62,763 nucleotides of DNA, filler included, from 6 parts of 6 records of this genome joined end to end with filler, not necessarily neighbours in it, one strand, 5' to 3'; shown: positions 1 to 13,695, numbered from the whole stretch's first letter. The notes: generated by a model from the sequence alone, not told the origin. Numbers and translations are program-made.

Positions 1-1
1 C

Positions 2-1555
2 TGTGTGGGCGATGACGACCAGTCCATCTACGGCTGGCGCGGCGCCGAGGTTGGGAACATCCTCAAATTCTCTACCGATTTTCCCGGTGCCAAGGTTGTC
101 AAGCTTGAGCAAAACTACCGCTCCACCGGTCACATTCTGGCCGCTGCGTCACGTCTGATTGCAGGCAACGAAGACCGGCTCGGCAAAACACTGTGGACCG
201 ATCAGGATGACGGTGAAAAACTCGACATCCGCGGTGTATGGGACGGCCCAGAAGAAGCCCGCGCCATCGGTGAAGAGATCGAAAGCCTCCAGCATAAAGG
301 CAATAAACTTAGCGAGATCGCGATCCTTGTCCGCACTGGTTTCCAAATGCGTGAGTTTGAGGAACGCATGATCACGCTTGGCCTACCCTATCGCGTTGTG
401 GGTGGACCGCGTTTCTATGAACGTGCTGAAATTCGGGACGTTATGGCCTATCTGCGCGTGATCTCCCAGCCTGATGATGACCTGGCGTTTGAACGTATCG
501 TGAATGTGCCCAAGCGCGGCCTCGGCACAACTGCAGTGCAAAAAGTGCATCACCTCGCGCGGTCCCACGGCATTTCGATGACGCGGGCTGCCCGCCAGAT
601 CACCGGGCTTGATATGCTGAGGCCACAGGCCCGCAAATCACTCACCCGTTTGATGGATAACTTTGACCGTTGGCGCGGCCTGCTACATAGCCACAGCCAC
701 ACCGAAGTGACAGAAATGCTGCTCGAAGAATCGGGCTATATGGAGATGTGGCAAAACGATACATCGCCTGACGCCGCTGGCCGGATCGAGAATATCAAGG
801 AAATGGTTTCCTCAATGGGGGAATTTGAGAACCTTGGTGGCTATCTTGAGCATATCGCCCTCGTTATGGAAAATGACAGCAACGAGACGCAGGAGAAGGT
901 GACACTGATGACCCTTCATGCGGCCAAGGGGCTTGAGTTTGATACTGTTTTCCTGCCGGGGTGGGAGGAAGGCCTGTTCCCTAATCAGCGCGCGCTGGAC
1001 GAAACCGGCGTACGTGGGTTGGAGGAAGAACGCCGGCTCGGCTACGTGGGGATCACACGGGCGAAACAAAAGGCCTATATCTATTTCGCAGGCAACCGGC
1101 AGGTGTTTGGCCAATGGCAATCCAGCCTGCCCAGCCGCTTCATCGAAGAACTTCCCGGCGAACATGTGGAAATGGAATCGGCGCAAGGACTATACAGCGG
1201 CCGAAGCAACCGCGGAAGCTGGGGCGATACCTATGACGACTTTGGCAGTGGTGGCTCTGACGGATACTATACCTCATCCGGCGATAAATACGGGCCGGGC
1301 TGGCAGCGCGCACAAAACTGGCGGCAGCAACAGTCCGGCTATGGCCGAAGCAATAAGACCATCGATATGCCCACCACGACAAGCCGAAAGCCAAAACCGA
1401 AACCACAAGTTAGTGACATTGCGGTCGGGGAGCGTGTTTTTCACGATAAATTTGGCTATGGCATCGTCGAGGATGTTGAAGGCAACAAACTTCTGGTGGC
1501 TTTTGATAAAGCTGGCAGCAAACGTGTTGTCGATACCTATGTCACCCGCGCCTGA
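2..1555 (+). CDS. uvrD: UvrD/PcrA ATP-dependent DNA helicase (5'-truncated at window edge)
   Basis: SF1A motifs VGDDDQSIYGWRGA, LEQNYRS, TLHAAKGLEF, EEERRLGYVGITRA; C-terminal Tudor-like RVFHDKFGYG. Confidence 0.96.
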   Translation, partial: CVGDDDQSIYGWRGAEVGNILKFSTDFPGAKVVKLEQNYRSTGHILAAASRLIAGNEDRLGKTLWTDQDDGEKLDIRGVWDGPEEARAIGEEIESLQHKGNKLSEIAILVRTGFQMREFEERMITLGLPYRVVGGPRFYERAEIRDVMAYLRVISQPDDDLAFERIVNVPKRGLGTTAVQKVHHLARSHGISMTRAARQITGLDMLRPQARKSLTRLMDNFDRWRGLLHSHSHTEVTEMLLEESGYMEMWQNDTSPDAAGRIENIKEMVSSMGEFENLGGYLEHIALVMENDSNETQEKVTLMTLHAAKGLEFDTVFLPGWEEGLFPNQRALDETGVRGLEEERRLGYVGITRAKQKAYIYFAGNRQVFGQWQSSLPSRFIEELPGEHVEMESAQGLYSGRSNRGSWGDTYDDFGSGGSDGYYTSSGDKYGPGWQRAQNWRQQQSGYGRSNKTIDMPTTTSRKPKPKPQVSDIAVGERVFHDKFGYGIVEDVEGNKLLVAFDKAGSKRVVDTYVTRA

Positions 1556-1572
1556 GGGCTTAAGGAGCTTCC

Positions 1573-2481
1573 ATGTCTGAAATCTGGTGCCTGAAAGGCG
1601 AACTGACGCTTGAGCGCGCGGAAGCGCTTGAAGCACTTCTGGAAGTGATGGGCGAAGAGCGCGGTGCGTTTCCGCCAACCCTGTCCTATTTTGAACAACC
1701 CGGGCAACCCTTATGGATGGTTGAGATATTCTTCGCCGAAAAGCCCGACGACAGGTTTGTACCAGAGCTTCTTGAACGTGCTGACCTTACCAATTGGCAG
1801 CATGACTTTGCAGCCGTAGAGAACAAGGACTGGGTGAGCGAAAGCCAAAAACTGCTTTCGCCCGTTGAGGCAGGCCGGTTCTTTGTGTTTGGCGCGCACG
1901 ACAAAGACAAGGCACGTAGGGAAGGCATCAACTTGCAGGTCGACGCGGGCCAAGCCTTCGGCACAGGCAAACACGAGACAACAGCCGCCTGCCTTGAGGT
2001 TATAGACAGCCTGGCGAATGAGATTACCCCTCACAAGATACTCGACCTGGGCACAGGCTCTGGTGTGCTTGCTCTTGGTGCTCATAAGGTTTGGGCAAAT
2101 GCGCATGTTGTCGCGAGCGATATCGACCCCATCGCCATTGTGGTTACGGACGAGAATATCGAGATTAATGCTGGTGTTTCCCGCAAACCGGGCGAAAACA
2201 AAGCGGGCATCGCCACCGTGGTTGCCGCCGGACTTGATGATCCCGCGTTCAAAGGCGACAGTCCTTTTGACCTGATCGTCGCCAATATCCTCGCAGGGCC
2301 ATTGATAGACCTGTCAGCCGATATCACGGACGCACTGGCGGCAGGCGGCACTCTGGTGCTTTCGGGCTTGCTCGTGACCCAGAAAAAAGAAGTCCTCGAC
2401 GCCTATAAGGCTCGAGGACTAGTAACTCTGGGCAGAGTAGAGAAAGGGGAGTGGCTCGCGCTTACATTGCGCAAGCCATAA
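1573..2481 (+). CDS. prmA: Ribosomal protein L11 methyltransferase
   Basis: AFGTGKHETT, LDLGTGSG, VANILAGPL motifs; AAGGAG RBS. Confidence 0.93.
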   Translation: MSEIWCLKGELTLERAEALEALLEVMGEERGAFPPTLSYFEQPGQPLWMVEIFFAEKPDDRFVPELLERADLTNWQHDFAAVENKDWVSESQKLLSPVEAGRFFVFGAHDKDKARREGINLQVDAGQAFGTGKHETTAACLEVIDSLANEITPHKILDLGTGSGVLALGAHKVWANAHVVASDIDPIAIVVTDENIEINAGVSRKPGENKAGIATVVAAGLDDPAFKGDSPFDLIVANILAGPLIDLSADITDALAAGGTLVLSGLLVTQKKEVLDAYKARGLVTLGRVEKGEWLALTLRKP

Positions 2482-2547
2482 GCCTCATAAAGAGACCTGA
2501 GGATCGCAGCCTCGGCGGTTATCCCGCCAGGCCACTTGGGGAAATTC

Positions 2548-2874
2548 TTAGTGAGCCAGTGCACCGCCACCGAAGGCACCGCCACCCATGCCGCCAAAAC
2601 CGCCGCCAAGGCTGCTTGGACGGGTAATTTTGAACTGGATAGGTTTGCGAACTGGTTCAGCGCGCATCATGCCGTTTGCGGTCATCAACGTGAAGAAATC
2701 ACCTTTGGCTGTCAGGTCCAATGCAAGCTCGGAAACGGTTTCTTCTGCAGTTACCAGAAAAAACTCTTTATCTTTGCGGCCACACACGGCGCCAGGCACT
2801 TTGCCATTCGCTGCCATCAAACCCATGAAGCTATATGCTTCGAGCGTTACAAATTCATTTGCTACTTTTGCCAT
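2548..2874 (-). CDS. Hypothetical 108-aa protein with Gly-rich C-terminal tail
   Basis: AAGGAG RBS shortly before the ATG; fills the intergenic space; no recognised family. Confidence 0.7.
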   Translation of the reverse strand: MAKVANEFVTLEAYSFMGLMAANGKVPGAVCGRKDKEFFLVTAEETVSELALDLTAKGDFFTLMTANGMMRAEPVRKPIQFKITRPSSLGGGFGGMGGGAFGGGALAH

Positions 2875-2958
2875 CGGTAATCTCCTTAACCAATCTCGCT
2901 GCTTATTCTTATTTGTCAGCCCTTGCTGACGCCGCTTAGATAGGCCTGTTCGATATGA

Positions 2959-2973
2959 TTAAGAAGGCGTTAA
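2959..2973. promoter_or_regulatory. Putative CtrA box TTAA-N7-TTAA
   Basis: TTAAGAAGGCGTTAA, about 85 nt upstream of the 2874 start. Confidence 0.5.
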
Positions 2974-3096
2974 ATTTGCGTGGTAGCCATGCATAAAACG
3001 CATAACTATATTCAATTACCTTCCCGCATGACGCAGGTCACATTTTGGTAACAAAAAGGCAGCCTGGTGACATTTCGGCGAAAGAAGTGAAATAAT

Positions 3097-4065
3097 TTAG
3101 CCTGCAGGCCGAAAGGCAATAACAAACATGAGTATGGCTAATAAAACCGTCCAAAGCGCAATGCCACCAAGGACATAGGGGGTTGCCATGCGCCGCTCAA
3201 ACCACAGGCGGGGCTGAATACCCTTGGCAAGGAAAACCAGAAGGCCAGAGAGGTTCACGCACACTACGTTTACCACCAGCAGCAAGAGTGCGCCGTAAGC
3301 CAATTTAAGCTCGCCCTGCCCCAGCATAAACCCAAATGTCGCTGCAGGCGGCAGCAACGCAACAGCAACCATAACCCCCACAAGGGTCATCGATAGCCCC
3401 GACGTCAGCGACAGCACACCAGCAACACCAGACGCCGCCGCAAGCGCAATACCACCAAGGCCAACTTCTGTCCGGCTCATGAGCTCCCAGCTATCAGGGA
3501 GTTCTGGCCAAACGAATCCAATCAGTGCAGACACTGCGACCGCGAGCGATATCCCCGAAAAAGCTGTCACAAATGACTGTGTCATCATCTCTTTGTTGCC
3601 AAGTGACGTGCCAAAGGCAAAAGCGAGGTTGGGCCCCAGAAGCGGCGCGATCACCATCGCACCAATCACGACAGCCACATTGTTTTGCATCAAACCAATA
3701 AGCGCCACAATGGTCGACAGGAACGTGAGAATCATGAAGTTCATGTCGAGCCGGGCGCCTTGGCCCATCTTCTGGAACAACTCTTCCCGTGTGTCAGCCG
3801 TTCCTTCCTGCTCTACATGCGGCAAAGTGGTCTCAACTGGCAGGATGGAAATTCGGGCTTTCGATGAAAGACTAAGAAGCTGCTGAAGCGCGTCGATAGC
3901 CTTTTGCCTGTCTCCGGACCGGGTGAGCAGGAAAAAGAGCGCGTGGTCCTCATCAAGCGCCACACCCTTATGATAGGAAATGACGCATTCATGCGATGTC
4001 GAGATGGCTTTGATGTTGGCCTCTGCCGAGATCGGCGCTGTAATCTGCAACATTTTGAGTGACAT
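3097..4065 (-). CDS. TIGR00341/DUF389 family membrane protein
   Basis: AVVIGAMVIAPLLGP and LVGVMVAVALLPP signatures; multiple TM helices. Confidence 0.88.
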   Translation of the reverse strand: MSLKMLQITAPISAEANIKAISTSHECVISYHKGVALDEDHALFFLLTRSGDRQKAIDALQQLLSLSSKARISILPVETTLPHVEQEGTADTREELFQKMGQGARLDMNFMILTFLSTIVALIGLMQNNVAVVIGAMVIAPLLGPNLAFAFGTSLGNKEMMTQSFVTAFSGISLAVAVSALIGFVWPELPDSWELMSRTEVGLGGIALAAASGVAGVLSLTSGLSMTLVGVMVAVALLPPAATFGFMLGQGELKLAYGALLLLVVNVVCVNLSGLLVFLAKGIQPRLWFERRMATPYVLGGIALWTVLLAILMFVIAFRPAG

Positions 4066-4133
4066 AAGCTTCCCTGTCCTTGCCTGGAGGAAAGCCTAAT
4101 GCAGCCCTATCCGCACCACAAGAGGCGTTATTC

Positions 4134-8188
<4,055 letters not shown>

Positions 8189-8206
8189 CGCGTCCCCCCT
8201 GATGTA

Positions 8207-9016
8207 TTAAAATGGCCAGATTTTGCTGAGCCAGGATTTCTCACTATATTCAGGCACCATATCCTGACCGCTCAGCAACGAGTAGCTATAGCGATACCAT
8301 TTACTGCCTGGGAAGTTATGCCCAAGCACAGCAGCTGCCATCTTAGCCTCATCATTGATGCCCAGCGCCAGATAGATCTCTACCAAACGGTGAAGTGCTT
8401 CAGGCGTGTGGCTCGTGGTCTGATATTGCTCAATCACGTTACGGAAGCGCCCTTCGGCCGCCAGAAACTCCTGACGGCTCTGATAGAAACGCCCCACTTC
8501 CATGTCTTTCCCTGCTAGGTGGTCACGGGTCAGGTCAAGCTTCAGCTTGGCGTCTTTTGCGTACGCTGAATCAGGATACCGCCGGATAACTTCCACAAGA
8601 GAGTTTTCCGCCTCAGTTGTTTTGTTCTGATCCCGGCCCACGTCTGAAATCTGCTCATACTGGCAAAGTGCGATCAGATAGTATGCGTAAGGTGCACCGC
8701 GGTTACCCGGATGCAACTGCAAGAAGCGCTGGGCCGCGAGAATCGCATCGTCATATGAATTTGTCATATAGTGAGAATACGCAGCCATAAGCTGTGCTCG
8801 ACGTGCCCACACCGAATACGGGTGTTGCCGCTCGACCTCATCAAATGCTGCCGCCGCAAACTTATAGCGCTTCTTCGCCAAGCTGTCCTGCGCGAGGTTA
8901 TACAAAACCTCTACATCCCGCGCTACATACCGATCTTCATCATCTTTGGAACTGCACGCAACAACGCTTAAAACAAGCAAACTCAGTACAGTCTTCTTCA
9001 GCCAATTCGCTGTCAT
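8207..9016 (-). CDS. bamD: Outer membrane protein assembly lipoprotein BamD
   Basis: Lipobox VVAC; EVERQHPYSVWARRAQLM TPR motif; position upstream of recN-ligA. Confidence 0.95.
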   Translation of the reverse strand: MTANWLKKTVLSLLVLSVVACSSKDDEDRYVARDVEVLYNLAQDSLAKKRYKFAAAAFDEVERQHPYSVWARRAQLMAAYSHYMTNSYDDAILAAQRFLQLHPGNRGAPYAYYLIALCQYEQISDVGRDQNKTTEAENSLVEVIRRYPDSAYAKDAKLKLDLTRDHLAGKDMEVGRFYQSRQEFLAAEGRFRNVIEQYQTTSHTPEALHRLVEIYLALGINDEAKMAAAVLGHNFPGSKWYRYSYSLLSGQDMVPEYSEKSWLSKIWPF

Positions 9017-9218
9017 GGCAGTCTTTCACTCCCGTAATGAGAGAAATGTCCCCTTGCATTTCCCCCATAAGGTTATAATCTCGTATTCATGCAACCAATG
9101 GTATAATTTCACCAACTACTGAAGGAGAAACTGGCCGCATCGGCGTTGGCGAAATCTCTAGCACAGTAAGTCGCACGCGCCAACGGAGAATCCCATCGGC
9201 AAAACTGGAGCAAAATCT

Positions 9219-9629
9219 ATGGCCAGACAAATTGACGAAATTGAGGACGGCATGCTGGAACTTTCAGCACGCAAAGCCGACCTGATAGACAAACATGTGG
9301 GACGGCGCCTTCGGGATAGACGACGTTCGCTCGACCTATCTCAGCAAGACATCGCCAACATCCTGAGCATTTCCTACCAGCAAGTGCAAAAGTATGAGAG
9401 CGGCCTGAACCGTGTGAGCGCTGGTCGCTTGTACCTGCTCGCACACATCATGCACACAACTGTGGGATACTTTTATGAAGGGTTGCCGTCTGGAGACGAG
9501 ATTCTTTCAGGCCGAATTACGGAGATGGACCTGATTATCCCGGAACTTGAAACGCTGCCAAGTGCAAACGTACGAGATGCGCTAAGCGACCTCGTACGTG
9601 CAATCAAAGAATCGAAAATGTTGAGCTAA
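9219..9629 (+). CDS. XRE-family HTH transcriptional regulator
   Basis: DKHVGRRLR...SYQQVQKYESGLNRVSAGRL, typical alphaproteobacterial XRE. Confidence 0.88.
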   Translation: MARQIDEIEDGMLELSARKADLIDKHVGRRLRDRRRSLDLSQQDIANILSISYQQVQKYESGLNRVSAGRLYLLAHIMHTTVGYFYEGLPSGDEILSGRITEMDLIIPELETLPSANVRDALSDLVRAIKESKMLS

Positions 9630-9652
9630 ACGAAGAAATCAGGGAAGGCCCA

Positions 9653-10531
9653 TCAGGCTTTCCCTTTAACCAGCGCGTCATAATCATACATCAGCGTCTT
9701 GGTCATTTCTCCTACTTCAAAATTATAGGGCCCAATCTCAGACAGTGGTGTTACCTCAGCCGCAGAACCGGTCAGGAATGCCTGCTCGAATGTTGCCATC
9801 TCATCTGGCATAATCGCGCGCTCAACTACCTTGATCTGACGCTTTTTGGCAAGGCCAATGACCGTACGGCGCGTAATCCCATCAAGGAAACAATCTGGCT
9901 TCGGCGTATGCAATTCACCGTTCTGTACGAAGAAGATGTTAGCGCCTGTCGCTTCAGCCACCTGACCACGATAGTCAAACATCAGCGCGTCGTGATAGCC
10001 CTTCGCCTCAGCCGCGTGTTTAGACATGGTACAGATCATGTAAAGGCCTGATGCCTTGGCATTGGTTGGCGCGGTGTCTGGCGCAGGACGACGCCACGTT
10101 GAAATATCAAGCCGCAAGCCCTTAAGTCGTGCCTCCGGTGAGAAGTAGGATGGCCATTCCCAAACTGCAATCGCGGCATGAATAGTGTTTTGTTGGGCGG
10201 AAACGCCCATCATTTCACTTCCACGCCAAACAATTGGCCGGCAGTAAGCATCTACAAGCTCATTCTTCTCAAGCAATGTCCGGCAGGCATTATTAATGTC
10301 ATCCTGCGTATAAGGGATTTCATATCCAAGGATTTTTGCCGAGTTGAAAAGCCGCTCCGTGTGCTCTTTCAGCTTGAAGATGGTGCCATTATAAGCGCGC
10401 TGGCCCTCAAAGACCGCACCCGCATAATGCAAGGCGTGCGTAAGGACGTGCGCATTACATTCTCTCCAAGGCTGATACTCGCCATCCATCCACATCCAAC
10501 CATCGCGGTCATTATAGGGCGCACTTGCCAT
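9653..10531 (-). CDS. ilvE: Branched-chain amino acid aminotransferase
   Basis: LTHALHY, VFEG, AKASGLY (PLP Lys), LDGITRRTV; start placed at MASAPY after GGAG. Confidence 0.94.
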   Translation of the reverse strand: MASAPYNDRDGWMWMDGEYQPWRECNAHVLTHALHYAGAVFEGQRAYNGTIFKLKEHTERLFNSAKILGYEIPYTQDDINNACRTLLEKNELVDAYCRPIVWRGSEMMGVSAQQNTIHAAIAVWEWPSYFSPEARLKGLRLDISTWRRPAPDTAPTNAKASGLYMICTMSKHAAEAKGYHDALMFDYRGQVAEATGANIFFVQNGELHTPKPDCFLDGITRRTVIGLAKKRQIKVVERAIMPDEMATFEQAFLTGSAAEVTPLSEIGPYNFEVGEMTKTLMYDYDALVKGKA

Positions 10532-10605
10532 TTCTGTTCTCCGAAAACGCGAAACAAATAAGAATATGTCTCTTTTTACTTGATCGATGTAACATTCTGT
10601 CATTA

Positions 10606-10628
10606 TTATGTCAACAAGGCTGACATAA
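10606..10628. promoter_or_regulatory. Inverted repeat operator between ilvE and the MarR gene
   Basis: TTATGTCA-N7-TGACATAA, perfect 8-bp arms. Confidence 0.6.
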
Positions 10629-10643
10629 ATTATATGAGCAGAT

Positions 10644-11132
10644 ATGCAACGAAAACTACCGCAATCCAACCTTTATTTACGCGAAGAGGAACTTCGTCGC
10701 GGAGTTGAACTTCTTTATTTTGCGTACCGTGATTTTACCCGGGACCCAGATGAGATTCTTGCACAGTCGCGCTTCGGGCGCGCCCATCACCGGGTGCTCT
10801 ATTTTGTCGGACGTAACCCCGGCACCACAGTGTCTGGCCTACTTAATTTATTGCGTATTACCAAACAAAGCCTGTCCCGCGTTCTGGGGCAGCTTGTCGA
10901 GGATGACTATATCCAGCAGGACGCTGGGCTTGAGGATCGTCGCCAGCGACTTCTCTATCTCACCGACAAGGGCAAAGCCTTTGAAAAGGAGCTTTTTGAG
11001 AGCCAGCGCCACCGGGTCGCGGAAGCATACAAACGGGCAGGTCCTGAGGCTGTTGCAGGTTTCTGGGAGGTGCTTCTCAACATTGTCGACACCGAAGAAC
11101 GCGAAGCCGTACTCCGCCAGATTGAAAAATAG
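10644..11132 (+). CDS. MarR-family regulator (PetP-like)
   Basis: ELLYFAYRDFT, FGRAHHRVLYFV, ITKQSLSRVL, DRRQRLL; divergent from ilvE as is common in alphaproteobacteria. Confidence 0.9.
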   Translation: MQRKLPQSNLYLREEELRRGVELLYFAYRDFTRDPDEILAQSRFGRAHHRVLYFVGRNPGTTVSGLLNLLRITKQSLSRVLGQLVEDDYIQQDAGLEDRRQRLLYLTDKGKAFEKELFESQRHRVAEAYKRAGPEAVAGFWEVLLNIVDTEEREAVLRQIEK

Positions 11133-11173
11133 CTCTTATAAGGGCATGATGGGGAAAGAAGGAAACCTCATCT

Positions 11174-11734
11174 ATGGTCGAGCTCGCACCAGAATTTAAC
11201 GAATTTCAAACCTGCTGGGAAACCTTGCCTCGCAACGCACATCCTCTGGTGCCTGCGAAACGAGACATCTCTCCCGTTCGTTTCGGTGAAATGCTGCATT
11301 ATATTGGCATTGGTGAAATGCGTGGGCATCTGGACATGCAAGTGCTTTTTTATGGTGCCGGTATAGAGCGCGTGTCAGGTATCAAGGTTACCGGCAAGAA
11401 CTATTATGACCTACTGCCGCCCGCGTTCGTAAAACCATTGTCTGTGTTTCATACCTATGTATTGGGAACCCCATGCGGGGCCTTTGTAAGCGACGTTATC
11501 ACGACCCCGTCAGGTGCCCGATATGAGTACCAATCACTCCAGTACCCACTCTCGGACGATGATGGTGAAATAAAGTATCTCCTTGTCTACGGCCGCGCCC
11601 GCATCCCCTACGGAGACAACAGCGAACGGCAGAGCACAAGCTTTCACCGAGATAGCATCAAGGACATGCATTATATTGATCTCGGCGCCGGTGCGCCCAA
11701 GGCCTGCATTGAAAATTTCGAGTTTCACCGCTGA
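11174..11734 (+). CDS. Stand-alone PAS-domain protein (PAS_5/DUF1457-like)
   Basis: W..LP, P.KRDISP and G...TGKNYYD pattern of alphaproteobacterial PAS_5 proteins. Confidence 0.6.
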   Translation: MVELAPEFNEFQTCWETLPRNAHPLVPAKRDISPVRFGEMLHYIGIGEMRGHLDMQVLFYGAGIERVSGIKVTGKNYYDLLPPAFVKPLSVFHTYVLGTPCGAFVSDVITTPSGARYEYQSLQYPLSDDDGEIKYLLVYGRARIPYGDNSERQSTSFHRDSIKDMHYIDLGAGAPKACIENFEFHR

Positions 11735-11862
11735 TCCAGCTTCCTCCCCTTTACGTAGTCAAGTCCGTCTGGAAGCGGCACCATCAATCTATCAAAAATG
11801 CTGGCGATAAAAGCGCAAGCGCCCTATGAAAGAGACACCACAACAAACGAGGTACAAAGCAC

Positions 11863-12510
11863 ATGAGTATCGACGAACGGCTGCTAACCGGCTACCGCAC
11901 CTTTCGTGAAGAAGCCTTTGAACGGGACCGCGCGCTCTATGAAGAACTGGCATCACAGGGACAAACCCCTCATACGCTCGTAATTGCATGTTCCGATAGC
12001 CGAGTATTGCCTCAGCAAATTCTGACAGCTGGCCCTGGGGACCTTTTTGTCGTGAGAAACGTTGCCGCCATGGTGCCGCCCTATGAAAAGGATGAGGGCC
12101 ACCACGGTACCTCCGCAGCGATCGAGTTTGCGGTTACAGTACTTGAAGTTTCAAACGTTGTTGTGATGGGGCACGCGGGTTGCGGCGGCGTGGCAAGCGT
12201 TGTTGACCGCAACATGCCTGCTGACAGCTTTGTAGGTCAGTGGATGCGCCCTCTTCATCAATGGATGGAAAGCTATGGCCATATCACTGCAGAAGACCCC
12301 GCCACCCGCAAACGACTGCTGGAACGCGCGGCCATCCACCTGTCGATCCAGAATCTCAAGTCCTTCCCGTTTGTTGCAGATCGGGTTTCAGCGGGCAAAC
12401 TCGCACTCAAAGGTCTGCTGTTCGATATCCATACCGGCGATTTGTCCGAGGTAATCGCCAAGCATGACACAGCCTTTAACTTGCGGTCAGTGCTTGAAGG
12501 CCATGGCTGA
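11863..12510 (+). CDS. Beta-class carbonic anhydrase
   Basis: CSDSR, FVVRNVA, HAGCGG zinc ligands. Confidence 0.94.
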   Translation: MSIDERLLTGYRTFREEAFERDRALYEELASQGQTPHTLVIACSDSRVLPQQILTAGPGDLFVVRNVAAMVPPYEKDEGHHGTSAAIEFAVTVLEVSNVVVMGHAGCGGVASVVDRNMPADSFVGQWMRPLHQWMESYGHITAEDPATRKRLLERAAIHLSIQNLKSFPFVADRVSAGKLALKGLLFDIHTGDLSEVIAKHDTAFNLRSVLEGHG

Positions 12511-12808
12511 GACGCAGAAAACAGTCACGCGCTGGGCTGAAGACACTTTCGGCCCAGTTCAGGATCACGCTGTACTTGTCCGGCGCGCTATGAATGAGAT
12601 GGAAGAGCTTCTTGACGCTACGATTGCGGGCGATAAACCCGAAATAGGCAAAGAAACAGCTGATATCGCCATTCTTTTGTACCGGCTGCTTGAACTTAAT
12701 GGACTCGACCTCACCCAAGAGATCACAAACAAGATGGTTGAGAACCGCGCCCGCCGGTGGCAATGCAAAGGCGACGGCACCGGCAAGCATATCCCTACTG
12801 GCGACTAA
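12503..12808 (+). CDS. MazG-like all-alpha NTP pyrophosphohydrolase (DUF550-like)
   Basis: W...TFG, EMEEL...ETAD acidic motif, KM..NRARRW; ATG overlaps the end of the carbonic anhydrase gene. Confidence 0.72.
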   Translation: MAETQKTVTRWAEDTFGPVQDHAVLVRRAMNEMEELLDATIAGDKPEIGKETADIAILLYRLLELNGLDLTQEITNKMVENRARRWQCKGDGTGKHIPTGD

Positions 12809-13617
12809 AGATTAAACACGCGCCGCGCGTTACCCTCAAGGAAACCTTTCTCTTGTTCTGAGGTTAACCCGAGTTCGCTTAACCCCTTCAAACATTGCAC
12901 AGGCGAAAGCATGGGCCAGTTGGTGCCAAAGAGCACACGCTTCGCACCTGGCCCTTTCATGAATGCCACCAGATCATTGGGCAAGCGGCGCACGGCGTAT
13001 GCCGAGGTATCCACATAAAAGTTCGGATATTTGAGTGCCAGCGACACCACTTCATCAATCCACGGAAAGCCCACATGCCCGCCGACGATTTTCAGTTCCG
13101 GGAAATCAAGCAGCACATCATCAAGATAAGGGATCAAGCGACCGGGTTCGGACCGACATAACGGCCCCGTGTGACCGACCTGGGTGCAGAAAGGCACACC
13201 AGCGTCAACGCATGCCGTATAAACAGGATAGTACCGCCGGTCATTCGGCGGAAGATCCCACAGCCACGGCACCACCCTCACGCCAATAAATGACTTTCCA
13301 TCAACAACGCGCCTGATCTCTCGTACCGCGCCCATCGGATCATTAAGGTCAACCGTCGCAAGCCCCCGGAACCTGGCAGGTGCCAGTGTGATCTGCGCGG
13401 CAACCTCTTCATTGCTGATCAAGCTGCCCTTAGGACCATGCCACGCAGACAAAAGGCTGATATCCACGCCCGCCTTATCCATGCTTGCTAGCGTCTCTTC
13501 CACCGTTGGTGTGATCACCTCGCCTGAGCGCCCTGTCCAGCGCAGAAGCGTAGCCATCCAAGGTTCTCTGGCCATGCGTTCGGTAGTGATTTGCGCCCAG
13601 ACATCAATCGCAGCCAT
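12805..13617 (-). CDS. Amidohydrolase_2 family protein
   Basis: FCTQVGHTGP, GGHVGFPW, YVDTSAY, LFGTNWP. Confidence 0.88.
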   Translation of the reverse strand: MAAIDVWAQITTERMAREPWMATLLRWTGRSGEVITPTVEETLASMDKAGVDISLLSAWHGPKGSLISNEEVAAQITLAPARFRGLATVDLNDPMGAVREIRRVVDGKSFIGVRVVPWLWDLPPNDRRYYPVYTACVDAGVPFCTQVGHTGPLCRSEPGRLIPYLDDVLLDFPELKIVGGHVGFPWIDEVVSLALKYPNFYVDTSAYAVRRLPNDLVAFMKGPGAKRVLFGTNWPMLSPVQCLKGLSELGLTSEQEKGFLEGNARRVFNL

Positions 13618-13625
13618 GTCATTCT

Positions 13626-13657
13626 CCTAATTTACTTTACTAGTGAAGTAAATTAGG
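13626..13657. promoter_or_regulatory. 32-bp near-perfect palindrome, probable MarR operator
   Basis: CCTAATTTACTTTACTAGTGAAGTAAATTAGG, one mismatched pair; overlaps the amidohydrolase RBS. Confidence 0.7.
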
Positions 13658-13695
13658 TTCTTTGGAGCATAAAATCAAGTTGCTAAGGTATCCGC

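Noticed and set aside
1190-1410. Gly/Ser/Tyr/Gln-rich stretch in UvrD as a novel domain
   Set aside because: A disordered linker before the C-terminal Tudor-like domain is usual in alphaproteobacterial UvrD.
2548-2612. GGM/GGF tail as a groEL fragment
   Set aside because: The rest of the ORF has no GroEL similarity; the real groEL end is at 29803-29829.
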